Shown in pieces: positions 20,664 through 30,558 of a DNA stretch of 64,000 nucleotides. The notes under the pieces are model-generated. The model was given only the letters and a program-made list of their open reading frames with translations, was not told the origin of the DNA and did no database searches. A program made the translations under genes and the position numbers. Numbering within the stretch: position 1 is the first letter of the stretch; the number at the start of each line of letters is the position of its first letter. The stretch lies in assembly GCA_963716745.1 (NCBI GenBank), contig OY970320.1, forward strand, positions 3,104,001 to 3,168,000. The letters run 5' to 3'. Source of the DNA: an uncultured Gemmatimonadaceae bacterium (lineage in GTDB: Bacteria > Gemmatimonadota > Gemmatimonadetes > Gemmatimonadales > Gemmatimonadaceae).

Positions 20664-21317
20664 ATGTCCGGCCGCCTCACGATCGGTTCCACCCTGCTCA
20701 TTGCCGCAGCATCTGCCGCGTTCGCGCAAACGCCCCCCGTCACGCGCGCGCCGACCGCGTCCGCTCCGGCGACCGTGCACACGCCTCCGTCGCCGGCGTC
20801 CATCGCGCCCGCGCCTTCCGCGGTACAGCGCCAGAAGTTGCCGGATCTCACGTTCGCGTCGGTGAATGTGAACAACATGAATCACGAAGTGAGCGTGCGC
20901 ATGACGACGCCGCTGATCGTCGTCGACCACGTCTTTCCGCCTCAGTCGACCTCCGGCGCGAGGCAGCCGGCGGGCAGCCCGTGCAATCGCTCTTTCACCT
21001 TTCCCGTCGTGCTCTCGGTGCGGAACATCGGCAATGCCGACTTCGTGCCGCTCAGCTCGGCGCAGGCCGTGGGCCTGGACATTGGCACGTTCAATGCCGC
21101 GAAGGATCTCATCAAGCTCACGCCCAATCAGGCCCAGACGATGAGTTGGAGCGTGACCCTGCCGCCGGGGAACTACACGCTCAGCGCCTTCATCGACACG
21201 CACGGCCAGGTCGCGGAATCGAACGTGAACAACAACAAGCTGTCGTGGCCGCTCAAGGTGAGCTGCGAAGTCCGCTCCAGCGCGGCCGCCGCGCCGGCGC
21301 CGATCAAAAAGCCCTAG
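20664..21317 (+). CDS. Secreted protein with a CARDB/Ig-like domain
   Basis: Signal peptide, Pro/Ala linker, LPDL...VRNIG...GNYTL...VAESNVNNN. Confidence 0.6.
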   Translation: MSGRLTIGSTLLIAAASAAFAQTPPVTRAPTASAPATVHTPPSPASIAPAPSAVQRQKLPDLTFASVNVNNMNHEVSVRMTTPLIVVDHVFPPQSTSGARQPAGSPCNRSFTFPVVLSVRNIGNADFVPLSSAQAVGLDIGTFNAAKDLIKLTPNQAQTMSWSVTLPPGNYTLSAFIDTHGQVAESNVNNNKLSWPLKVSCEVRSSAAAAPAPIKKP

Positions 21318-21390
21318 GCGCTCGGCGCTAGGCGCTAGCGGGCGCTGACGGAGTTGCCCGGACAGCTCGCGCGCCCCTCGATCGATGGCA

Positions 21391-21508
21391 GGGAGCGGCG
21401 AGGCCTCCGGCGCAGCCGCGATAGCGAAAAGCGAGAGACTCGCGGCAGTATCGCGAGGCTCGAAGCGGTTTGAGCGAAAGCGGCCTAGCCGGAGGCGTCG
21501 CCGCGACC
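21391..21508 (+). repeat. Hairpin repeat family A, copy 7
   Basis: Core plus arms GCGGCGAGGCCTCCGGC / GCCGGAGGCGTCGCCGC. Confidence 0.9.
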
Positions 21509-21522
21509 GGCCGCGCGATAGG

Positions 21523-23054
21523 TCATCGCGCGCTCGCCGTAGAACGCGGACGAGATCCTTCTTGAGCTGCGCGAGCACCGGTTGGTGCAGATACATCATG
21601 TGCCCACTCTCGTAGTACCCGTACGTGATGTTCTTCTCGAGCGACGCGTCGATGCCCATGTGCTGCAGCGTGTACTCGGTCTCGAAAAACGGCGTCGCGA
21701 AATCGTAGTAGCCATTCGCTGAGAAGATGCGCAGGTACGGATTCTGGCTCATCACCTCGCGCAGATCCTCGCTCACGTTCGGGATCGGCCAACGATCGCC
21801 GGCCACGCGGTGGCGGTTGTCCCAGTCGTCGCCCACCTCCTTGCTCCCCTCGGGGAGATAGGGGATCCCGGGATCCCAGCGCAGGTCGCTCTTGATGTAC
21901 GACATGAACGCGGCGACGAATGCCCCCGACGTCGCCGCGTCGGCGGCGTCGTACTCAGTCGTCTCGCCGGCCGCGTCGTGATCGATGCCCATGAAGCGCG
22001 CGTCGAGCCTGCCCACGGTGCGCTCGTCGGCGCGCAGCAGCTCCTTCTGGAAGCGCTCGGGCGTGACGCGCAGGTGAGCCTTCTTGATGAACTCCACCGA
22101 CAACCCGGTGAAGTGGTGCAACTGCTCCGCCACACTATCGCGCTCGGCCGCACTCAGGTGATTGCCTTGCACGAGCGCGTGCTGGTACGCACCGATCGCG
22201 AAGGCGCGGGCTTCCACGAGGAACGGCGCCAATTCCGCCGGCTGCTGCGGCAGCTTCTTGTGGTACCACGCCGTCGCGGCCATGGTCGGGATGTTCAGCT
22301 GGTACGTGATGTCGAGGCTGTTCGGCGGGCCGCCGAAATCGACGTATGAGTTGAGCCACGACGAGATGAGCACCAAGCCGTTGAGCGTCACGCCGCGCTC
22401 CTGAAGGTGGTTCGCCAGGCCGGCCGCGCGCGTCGTGCCGTACGATTCGCCCATGAGATACTTGGGCGAGTTCCAGCGATTGAACACTGTCATGTAGCGA
22501 ATGATGAAGTCGCCGAAGGATCTAATGTCGGCGTCGGTGCCGTAGAAATCCTTGCCCGTGCCTTTGCCCACGATGCGACTGTAGCCGGTTCCCATCGCGT
22601 CGATGAACACGAGATCGCTCTTGTCGATCAGGCTCGAGCCGTTGTCGGCCAATGAGTACGGCGCGGGCGGCGTGAATTGCGGCTCGTTCGTCGCGACGCG
22701 CACCGGCGCGAACGATCCCATGTGCAGCCAGATCGTCGCCGAGCCGGGACCGCCGTTGAAGATGAACGTCACGGGCCGCGTGCGCGGATCGGCGCCGTCC
22801 TTCGTGTACGCCACGTAGAACATGCTGCCGATCGCCTGGTTCGAATCGTTCTTGATGAGCAGCGTGCCCGGACGCGCGGAGTACTTGATCACCTGGCCGT
22901 CGATGGTGATCGATCGCGGCGTGACCACGCTCGACTCGGCGGGAATCGGCTTCGCGGCGGAGTCCGCGGCGGGCTTGGCGGGGGCTTGAGCGGAAACGCT
23001 GCAGACGAACGCGGCGCTGAGAGCGCAGAGTGCGCCGAGGGAACGATGCGACAT
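21523..23054 (-). CDS. Peptidase S10 serine carboxypeptidase (3' end uncertain; probable indel near 21550)
   Basis: FNGGPGS, GTGYS, GESYG, GYYDFATP and SGHMMY motifs; signal peptide. Confidence 0.9.
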
Positions 23055-23135
23055 GAATGAGGCTCCAGGTGACCGAGTGACTTGCAGAGTGCGTGGTAAT
23101 ATCCGCCCGGCGCACGTGCGGTCAACCGCGCCGCC

Positions 23136-23253
23136 GGTCGCGGCGACGGGTCCGGCTAGGCCGCTTTCGCTCAAACCGCTTCGAGCCTCGCGATGGTGCC
23201 GCGAGTCTCTCGCTTTTCGCTGCCGCGGCTGCGCCGGACCCGTCGCCGCTCCC
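23136..23253 (-). repeat. Hairpin repeat family A, copy 8
   Basis: GGTCGCGGCGACGGGTCCGGC...core(rc)...GCCGGACCCGTCGCCGCTCCC. Confidence 0.9.
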
Positions 23254-23373
23254 TGTCGTCGCACCAGCGTCGCGCGAAGTCGTTCAGTTTGCGTAGCGAG
23301 TCGCCGCCGAGGTGCCCGCTGTTATTTCGATGAGCGTGAAGATCAATAGTTCGCGGCCCCACGATCGATGTCA

Positions 23374-23492
23374 GGGAGCGGTGCCGTCCCGGCAGAGGCG
23401 CCCCCGCGCGTAGCGAGAGACTCGCGCGCAGCATGCGCGAGGCTCGAAGCGTGTAAGCGCGAGGGCGCCGGCGCCGGGATGGCGCCGCGACC
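23374..23492 (+). repeat. Hairpin repeat family A, copy 9 (subtype A2)
   Basis: Same ends and AGCGAGAGACTCGCG/CGCGAGGCTCGAAGCG apex, different middle stem. Confidence 0.88.
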
Positions 23493-23506
23493 GGCGGCGA
23501 GATGAC

Positions 23507-25873
23507 CTACTCACCACGAAGCACGGTCATTGGATCAACGCGGCTCGACCGCCATGCGGGCACGTATGCAGCCACGAGCGCCGTGCCCATGGCGATCACC
23601 GCGCCGGCGGCGTACACGGTTGGATCCAGATGTGACACACCGTACAGGAGCGACTCGAGATAGCGCGTCGCGAAGAGCGCGCCCGCGACGCCCGCCGCGA
23701 TCCCGCCGGCGGCGGTGAGCGCGGCGCCGCGCATCACGTCGAGTCGCACGGTGTGCGCGCTGGCGCCAAGCGCCATGCGGATCCCGATCTCCTGCGTGCG
23801 CGTGGTGACGATGTAGGAGATCACGCCGTAGATGCCGATCGCGGCGAGCAGCAGCGCGATCGCGCCGAATCCGGTGAGCGCGAGCATTGCGAAGCGGCGG
23901 TCGGCGGCGCTGCGGGCGATGCGCTCCTCCAGCCGGCCGTAGAGCGCCGGCGTTCCGGGCAGGATCGTGCGCATGAGCGCGCGAATGGGCGCGACGATCG
24001 AGCCTTCCGCGTTCGAGATGCGGACCATCGCCACGACCGGCCCTTCGGCCTGCTTCGCATGCTGCGCCAGCGGCACATAGATCTCGTTCTGCGCGCCGCG
24101 CGGCGCCGTCCAGATCGACGCTTCGCTCACAACGCCCACCACGGTGAGCCACTGGTCGAACATGATGTTGCTCGAGATCGACTTGCCCACCGGATCCTCG
24201 CCGGGCCATAGCTTGGCCGCGATGCCGGGTGTGATGATCGCCACCGGGATGCTCCCCTCTCGATCCGCGTCGGTGAACGCCCGCCCGCGCAGCACCGGCT
24301 GCCGCAGCACGGAGAAGTATTCCGGACTGATGACGCGGAATCCCGCCATCGCCGGCCAATCGTGATCCGGCGGATCGCCGGGGCGCCGAACAGGTGACGA
24401 CATGGTCTCCCACGCGAGCGGAGCCCGCGTCGTATACGCGGCGCCGGTCACGCCGGGCAGCGCGCGGATGCCGGCGAGCAAGCGATCGTACTGCGCTTGC
24501 TCCCCGCTCTTCAGCGTCGCCGTGACGGTGAGAATGCCGTTCGGATCGAAGCCGCTGTCGGCCGTCATGATGTTGTGGAACGTCTCGATGAGCATCGCGG
24601 ATGCCGTGACGAGCACGATCGCGAGCGCGACTTCGAATCCGATGAGCACGCGCCACACCGGCGCACGCACCGCGAGCGAACTTGTGCGACTCCCGCGCAG
24701 CACGAGACCGGCATCCCGGTTCGCTAGGCGGAGCGCCGGATACACGCCCACGGCGAGCGTCGCCACTGCCGCCACCACGATCGCGAACGCGAGAACGCGC
24801 GTGTCCATCTCCAGCGATGCCAGGCGCGGCATGATCGCCGCTCCCTCGGCCGCGATCGCGCGAATGGCGAACGCCGACACCAGCGAGGCCAGCGCGGCGC
24901 CTGACGTCGCGATCACGAGACTCTCGGTGAGCAGCTGCCGGATCAACCGTGACCGCGACGCGCCCAGTGCCGCTCGCACTACCACCTCGCGCTCGCGCAC
25001 CCGGCCGCGGGCAAGCTGCGCGCTCACGAGATTCGTGCACGCGATGAGCAGCACGAGCGCCGCCGCACCGAACACGATCGGCGGCATCGTCCGGTAGTTC
25101 GCCACCAGATAGTCGCGCAGCGGCACGACGTCGGCGTCCACCGCCTGCGTCCCGTTGCCGAACTCGGCGAGCAGCGACTTCGAGAGCGCTGTCATGTTCG
25201 CGCGCGCGGCCCCGAGCGAAACGCCCGGGGTGAGCCGCGCGATCACGGTGTAGTTCGACGCGTTGCGCTGGTTGTCCGGGTAATGCTCGTGCGGATAGAA
25301 CACGTCCGCCGGCTGCATGAACTGGAATCCCGGCGGCATCACGCCCACCACCGGATATCGCTCTCCCGCGCCGAGCGTTCCGAGCGGGAGTCGCCCGCCC
25401 ATCTGCGTGCGCCAGAACTCGTACGACACCATGAGCGCCTGCGGCCCGCCGGGCGATTCTTCGTCGTCGGTGAATTCGCGGCCGATGGACGGCGAAACGC
25501 CGAGCGTCGCGAGGAAATGGCGCGAGATGCCGAGCATGGTGGCGTGCACCGGCTCACCATCGTTCGCGTCGGGCCACACGAATCGCGCACCGAGTCTCGT
25601 AGCGGAGGCCACGCTCTCGAAGGAGCGCGCGTTCTCTCTCCAGCTCACGAAGTTCGGATAGGACGGCGCAATGAGCTCCTGTTTCGCCGTGCGCTCGCGA
25701 ATGAACACAAGCCGGCCGGCGTCGCGATAGGGCAGGGGGCGGAGCAGCGTCGCATCGAGCACGGCGAACGCGACGGTAGCGGCCGCGATCCCGATTGTGA
25801 GCGTGCCCACGGCGAGCGCCGTGAAGCCCGGACTCTTGCGCAGCGAACGGAGTGCCCAGCGCAGGTCTTGCAT
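23507..25873 (-). CDS. Duplicated ABC transporter permease (ADOP/MacB-like, about 790 aa)
   Basis: QDLRWALRSLRKSPGF, LLIACTNL, RAALGASR, EIGIRMALGA and RVDPM motifs. Confidence 0.9.
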   Translation of the reverse strand: MQDLRWALRSLRKSPGFTALAVGTLTIGIAAATVAFAVLDATLLRPLPYRDAGRLVFIRERTAKQELIAPSYPNFVSWRENARSFESVASATRLGARFVWPDANDGEPVHATMLGISRHFLATLGVSPSIGREFTDDEESPGGPQALMVSYEFWRTQMGGRLPLGTLGAGERYPVVGVMPPGFQFMQPADVFYPHEHYPDNQRNASNYTVIARLTPGVSLGAARANMTALSKSLLAEFGNGTQAVDADVVPLRDYLVANYRTMPPIVFGAAALVLLIACTNLVSAQLARGRVREREVVVRAALGASRSRLIRQLLTESLVIATSGAALASLVSAFAIRAIAAEGAAIMPRLASLEMDTRVLAFAIVVAAVATLAVGVYPALRLANRDAGLVLRGSRTSSLAVRAPVWRVLIGFEVALAIVLVTASAMLIETFHNIMTADSGFDPNGILTVTATLKSGEQAQYDRLLAGIRALPGVTGAAYTTRAPLAWETMSSPVRRPGDPPDHDWPAMAGFRVISPEYFSVLRQPVLRGRAFTDADREGSIPVAIITPGIAAKLWPGEDPVGKSISSNIMFDQWLTVVGVVSEASIWTAPRGAQNEIYVPLAQHAKQAEGPVVAMVRISNAEGSIVAPIRALMRTILPGTPALYGRLEERIARSAADRRFAMLALTGFGAIALLLAAIGIYGVISYIVTTRTQEIGIRMALGASAHTVRLDVMRGAALTAAGGIAAGVAGALFATRYLESLLYGVSHLDPTVYAAGAVIAMGTALVAAYVPAWRSSRVDPMTVLRGE

Positions 25874-25945
25874 TCGGATCTCCTGGGGAATCGTGCTCCT
25901 AGCTAGACATCGGCGCGACACACATGGTTGCCGCCGGCCCGCGGT

Positions 25946-26686
25946 TCAATCTTCCAGCGACGGCAGCGTCTTCAGCACCTCACGCGCTTCCAGCCGCGCA
26001 CCCACGACGTCATCCTTCCGCACCTTGCCGTCGCGGAACACGATCACGCGCTTCGCGAACTGCGCGATATCCTGCTCATGCGTCACCATCACGATGGTGA
26101 GCCCGGCGTCGTTCAGCCGCTGGAAGATCTCCATGATCTCCACCGACGTGTGACTGTCGAGGTTACCCGTGGGCTCGTCGGCCAGCAAGATGGACGGTTG
26201 ATTCACCAGCGCGCGCGCGATCGCAACGCGCTGTTGTTGGCCGCCCGAGAGCTGCGACGGAAAATGGTCCGAGCGGTCGGCGAGGCCCACCAACGCCAGC
26301 GCATCCGTGGCGCGTCGCTGCGCTTCCTCCTTCGGGATGGTGGAGTAGAGCGTCGGCAGCGCCGTGTTCTCGAGCGCGGTGGTGCGCGCGATCAGGTTGA
26401 ATCCCTGGAACACGAACCCCAGCTTCTGGTTCCGGATCACCGCGAGCTGGCGCTTCTCCAGGCTCGCGACGTCGGTGCCATCCAGATGGTACGTGCCGGA
26501 CGTGGGCGTATCGAGGCAGCCGAGGATGTTCATGAACGTACTCTTCCCGCTGCCGCTCGCGCCCATGATCGCGACGAAGCCGCCCGCCGCGACCTCCACG
26601 CTCACGCCGCGCAGCGCGTGCACGCGTGTTTCGCCGAGCTGATAGTACTTATGCGCGTCCTGGACGCGGATCACCGACGCCGTCAT
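25946..26686 (-). CDS. MacB/LolD-type ABC transporter ATP-binding protein
   Basis: [28 protein letters not shown] and MVTHE motifs. Confidence 0.93.
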   Translation of the reverse strand: MTASVIRVQDAHKYYQLGETRVHALRGVSVEVAAGGFVAIMGASGSGKSTFMNILGCLDTPTSGTYHLDGTDVASLEKRQLAVIRNQKLGFVFQGFNLIARTTALENTALPTLYSTIPKEEAQRRATDALALVGLADRSDHFPSQLSGGQQQRVAIARALVNQPSILLADEPTGNLDSHTSVEIMEIFQRLNDAGLTIVMVTHEQDIAQFAKRVIVFRDGKVRKDDVVGARLEAREVLKTLPSLED

Positions 26687-26702
26687 GCCGCCCCCGCGCG
26701 CG

Positions 26703-27995
26703 TCAGCGGCGGATGACAGGAACGGCCGCGCCCTTCCCGGCGAGCGAACCGGTGACGACATCGTCACCCAGCTTGAGTTCGCCGTGCAGCACGCTCTTCA
26801 CCTCGGTGAACGCGTGGTCTGTGATGCCGAGGCTCACGCGGACGGGCTCCAGCGTGTTGTCGGCGCGGAGCTTCCAGACGATCCCCGTGTCGGTGCGCCC
26901 GTGTGCCGCCTTCGCGCTGTCGGCGGCCGTCGCGTCGGCGGGGAGTTCGCTGTCCTGCATCCCGTACTTCGCGTAGAGTGCGTGCACCTGCTCAGGAGGA
27001 TACGGCGGCTTGTAGCGGAGCGCCGCGTTCGGGAGCTTCATCGCGCCCTCGACGGTCGCGACGGGGATGTTCACGTAGGCCGTCATCCCGGGATAGAGCT
27101 TGAGCTGCGGATTCGCGAAGGCGATGATCGCATCGTAGGTCACGACGTTCTGCACGGTGGTCGCATCCATGCGCACCTGGCTCACGATGCCTTCGAAGGT
27201 AGCCTCGGGGTACGCGTCCACTTTGAACGTGACACGGTGACCGATCTGGATGCGCCCCACATCGGACTCATCGATCTTCGCATACACGAGCATCTTCGTG
27301 AGATCCTGCGCGATCGAGAAGATCGTGGGCGCCTGCAGCGACGCCGCCACGGTCTGGCCCACGTCCACGTTCCGCGCGAGCACCACGCCGTCGATCGGCG
27401 AGCGGATCACGGTGTACGCGAGGTTCGCCTTCGCAATGGTGAGCGCGGCCTGCTTCTGGTCCACCTGCGCGTTCGCCTGTGTCACCGCCGCGCGCGATGC
27501 CGAGACGGATGCCGAAGCCGCGTCCGCGTTGGAACGTGCCACCTCGACATTCTCCTTCGTGTCGAAGCCTTGTCTCTCGAGCACCACGAGCCGCTCGTAC
27601 GCCGCCTTGGTCTGCACTTGCGCCGCGGTCGCCTTCTCGACGTTCGCCTCCGCGGCGGCCACGTTCGCCTGCGCGCTCGCGAGGTCCGCGCTCGCTTGCA
27701 GCACCGCGCCCTGCAGCAGCGCGGGATCGATGATCGCGATCACGTCACCGCGCTTCACCTTGGAATTGAAATCGGCGTTGAGCTTCGCGATCGTGCCCGA
27801 CACTTGCGATCCGACTTGCACGGTGATCACGGCGCTCACGGTGCCGGTCGCATCCACGGCATCATTGATCTCGCCGCGCTCCACGCGCACGGTGAAGTAT
27901 TGCAGCGAATCGCCTCGGCGGAATGCCAGCGCGGCGATCACACCGGCCGCGACCACGACGGCCGCGCCGGTGATCCATTTGTTCCGAACGGTCAT
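26703..27995 (-). CDS. MacA-like membrane fusion (periplasmic adaptor) protein
   Basis: VQVGSQVSG, coiled coil, IRSPIDG, GQTVAAS and LYPGMTA motifs. Confidence 0.9.
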   Translation of the reverse strand: MTVRNKWITGAAVVVAAGVIAALAFRRGDSLQYFTVRVERGEINDAVDATGTVSAVITVQVGSQVSGTIAKLNADFNSKVKRGDVIAIIDPALLQGAVLQASADLASAQANVAAAEANVEKATAAQVQTKAAYERLVVLERQGFDTKENVEVARSNADAASASVSASRAAVTQANAQVDQKQAALTIAKANLAYTVIRSPIDGVVLARNVDVGQTVAASLQAPTIFSIAQDLTKMLVYAKIDESDVGRIQIGHRVTFKVDAYPEATFEGIVSQVRMDATTVQNVVTYDAIIAFANPQLKLYPGMTAYVNIPVATVEGAMKLPNAALRYKPPYPPEQVHALYAKYGMQDSELPADATAADSAKAAHGRTDTGIVWKLRADNTLEPVRVSLGITDHAFTEVKSVLHGELKLGDDVVTGSLAGKGAAVPVIRR

Positions 27996-28027
27996 GACGA
28001 GTCTGTCTCCCTAGTTGCGAATATGTC

Positions 28028-29245
28028 TCATTCGAAGCGAAGCGCTTCGATCGGATCGAGCAACGACGCTTTGCGCGCCGGATAGTAGCCGAAGAACACG
28101 CCCACGCCCACCGAGAACAGCGCCGCCAGCACCACGGCTTTGAGGGACATCTGCATCGGCCAGCCGAGGGTGCTGCCGATCACGAGCGACGCCACGACGC
28201 CCAGCAGCACGCCGGCGCCGCCGCCCACAAGGCTCAGCATCACGGATTCGCCGAGGAATTGCACCTGGATCGCTTCCTCGGTCGCGCCCACGGCCACGCG
28301 CACGCCGATCTCGCGCGTGCGCTCGGTGACGGACACGAGCATCACGTTCATGATCCCGATCCCGCCCACCAGCAGCGAGATCGACGCGATCGCCACGAGC
28401 AGGATGGTCATCGTGCGGCTCGCTTCGAGCTGGGCCTGGATGATGTCCTCGGGATTCCGGATGTTGAAATCATCGGGCGAGTCCGGCCGCAGGTGGTGCC
28501 GGTCGCGCAGCAGCGCCCCCGCCTGTTTGCCCGCCAGCTTCACCGCGTCCGGTGACACCGCGGAGCAGAGGATGTCATCGAGCCACGGCGCGCCCTTGAT
28601 CTTCTTCATGACGGTCGTGTACGGCATGATGATCGTGTCATCCTGGTCCTGCCCCGAAACGGACAGCCCTTTCGGATGCAGCACGCCGATGATGCGGCAG
28701 GGCAGCCCCTTCACGCGTGCGATCTGCCCGATCGGATTGTCGGGGCCGAACAACTGCTCGCGCACGGTGCGCCCGATCACGCACACATCCGCGGCGTGGT
28801 CGACATCATCCTGCGTGAACATCGTGCCTTCATCGATGGTCCAGCGCTTGATGTCGAAGTATTCCGGCGAAACGCCCCGGTACCCGGTGTACCAGTTCTG
28901 ATTGGCGTAGATGATCTGCGTGGAGCCGTCCACGTTGGGCGAGACGCTCTTGATGAGAGGAACCTGGTCCTTGATCGCGAGCATGTCGCCGAGCGTGAGC
29001 GTGGGCGTCGCGTGCGTGCCGGTGCGCACGCCGTTCACGGCGCGGCCGCCTGCCTCGATCCACACGAGGTTGTCGCCCAGGTTGTTCATCTGCTGCTCGA
29101 CCCGCACCTGTCCGGCGTTGCCGATCGCGACGACGCAGATCACCGCTGCGATGCCGATCATGATGCCCAGCACGGTGAGCAGGCTCCGCATCTTGTTCCG
29201 CAGCAGCGCCCAGACGGACGACGCGAGCAGTGCGCGATGATTCAT
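28028..29245 (-). CDS. MacB-type ABC transporter permease
   Basis: RSLLTVLGIMIGI, GGIGIMNVMLVSVTERTREIG and FFGYYPARKA motifs. Confidence 0.92.
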   Translation of the reverse strand: MNHRALLASSVWALLRNKMRSLLTVLGIMIGIAAVICVVAIGNAGQVRVEQQMNNLGDNLVWIEAGGRAVNGVRTGTHATPTLTLGDMLAIKDQVPLIKSVSPNVDGSTQIIYANQNWYTGYRGVSPEYFDIKRWTIDEGTMFTQDDVDHAADVCVIGRTVREQLFGPDNPIGQIARVKGLPCRIIGVLHPKGLSVSGQDQDDTIIMPYTTVMKKIKGAPWLDDILCSAVSPDAVKLAGKQAGALLRDRHHLRPDSPDDFNIRNPEDIIQAQLEASRTMTILLVAIASISLLVGGIGIMNVMLVSVTERTREIGVRVAVGATEEAIQVQFLGESVMLSLVGGGAGVLLGVVASLVIGSTLGWPMQMSLKAVVLAALFSVGVGVFFGYYPARKASLLDPIEALRFE

Positions 29246-29348
29246 TGGGCTTCCACTGAGAGAATGCCGCCCACGGGCGACGCGACCTCATCATACGCGA
29301 TCGACATTCGTTTCGCTGGCTGCATTCCCGCGACGATCCCTTGCCGCA

Positions 29349-30329
29349 TCATGACATCTTTGTCATTCGCATCCCGCGCTGCACACTGTCCGCCATCTCG
29401 TCGAGCATCGCATATCTCCGCACGTACTGGCTTCGTTTGTTCGAACTGATCTCGCTCATCGGCCGCCGCGAGGCGCGCAGCGGCAGATCGTACCAGCCAT
29501 CGGCGGCCAAGGCGCCCCCCGCCTCGTTCCAGCAGGCGTCATAGCTGGCGGAGAGGTTGTGAAGGAACGGGATATCGATGAGGTGCTTGCGGTGGTGCAC
29601 CTGGATGCGGTCGCTCGCTCCCCGAAGATTCGTGCAGCCCGTCGCTCGTGCAATCGCCTGCACGGACGCGACCATCAAGGCACGAGGACGCACGCCGTGC
29701 ATCTCTTTCGTAGCCGCCTTGATGTCCGCAGCGGCGCCGCCTCGCCCTTGCACGCACCCGACGTAGCAGATCCGCCGCCCCGCGGATCCATCTTCCATCG
29801 AGAAGGCGAGGGACATGAGCACTCCGCCGAGCGCGTCACTGCGTGCGGTGAGGGTAATCTCTCCCTCCTTTCGGAACCGCTCGTCCCTGCCGAGGAAGAG
29901 TTCCGCGTCGCCGGCATCGCGCAGCGCGAATCGGCCAATGCGAACCGGAGCGGGCCGCAGCAGCGCTTCGCGCAACGCGCCGCCCTCGCGCTCAGAGACG
30001 CGGTACGTGCCCAGAATGACCTCCATGCGCCGCGCGATCGTCCAGCGCGTGGACATGTACGGCCGGAGCGGCCGGAAGGCGAGTCGCGGATTGGCGTCGC
30101 GATACTTGGCGAATTCGGGCGTGTCGAGCACATCGAACCAATTCCGGGCCCGATCAGCGTGCGCGGCCGCGAGAACGCTCCATCGCAAGTTCTGCTTGAT
30201 CTGTTGCGATACACGCTCGACGCCGAATGCCGCCGCACTGAGCATCCATGCTCGGCGGCCAATGGAGCGCGGGGGGTCCGGGTCGTTGTCTGTCACGGTA
30301 GCGTCTCCGAGCATAACAATAGCGGCCAC
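29349..30329 (-). CDS. VirK/YbjX (DUF535) family protein
   Basis: RPY, RKEGE, YVGCVQG, ATKEMHGVRP, YD..W.E.GG and SNKRSQYVRRY motifs; start uncertain. Confidence 0.8.
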   Translation of the reverse strand: MAAIVMLGDATVTDNDPDPPRSIGRRAWMLSAAAFGVERVSQQIKQNLRWSVLAAAHADRARNWFDVLDTPEFAKYRDANPRLAFRPLRPYMSTRWTIARRMEVILGTYRVSEREGGALREALLRPAPVRIGRFALRDAGDAELFLGRDERFRKEGEITLTARSDALGGVLMSLAFSMEDGSAGRRICYVGCVQGRGGAAADIKAATKEMHGVRPRALMVASVQAIARATGCTNLRGASDRIQVHHRKHLIDIPFLHNLSASYDACWNEAGGALAADGWYDLPLRASRRPMSEISSNKRSQYVRRYAMLDEMADSVQRGMRMTKMS

Positions 30330-30558
30330 ACGCGCGCCGAAGGCGCTCCGAATTATGACAACTTTGCAATCTTCGACCGGCGTGCAGCTCCCAATTCACA
30401 CACGACGGACGGCTCAAGGCGCGGATAAAACCCCTCGCACACGATGCAGATCCGTCGCCGTGACGTTACACGATCACCGCTTAACCGATACCACAATGTC
30501 TGACACCGGGCAGTAGCGTGCGGCTCCTGAAGTCCTCACTTGCTGCCCGGAGAAGCGT

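Noticed and set aside
12504..21508. Family A repeats as integron attC sites
   Set aside because: No RYYYAAC/GTTRRRY ends, no intI gene, and flanking genes lie in mixed orientations.
30440..30500. Pho box upstream of the TonB receptor/phosphatase operon
   Set aside because: TCAC/TAAC-like words are present but not at a convincing 11-bp spacing.
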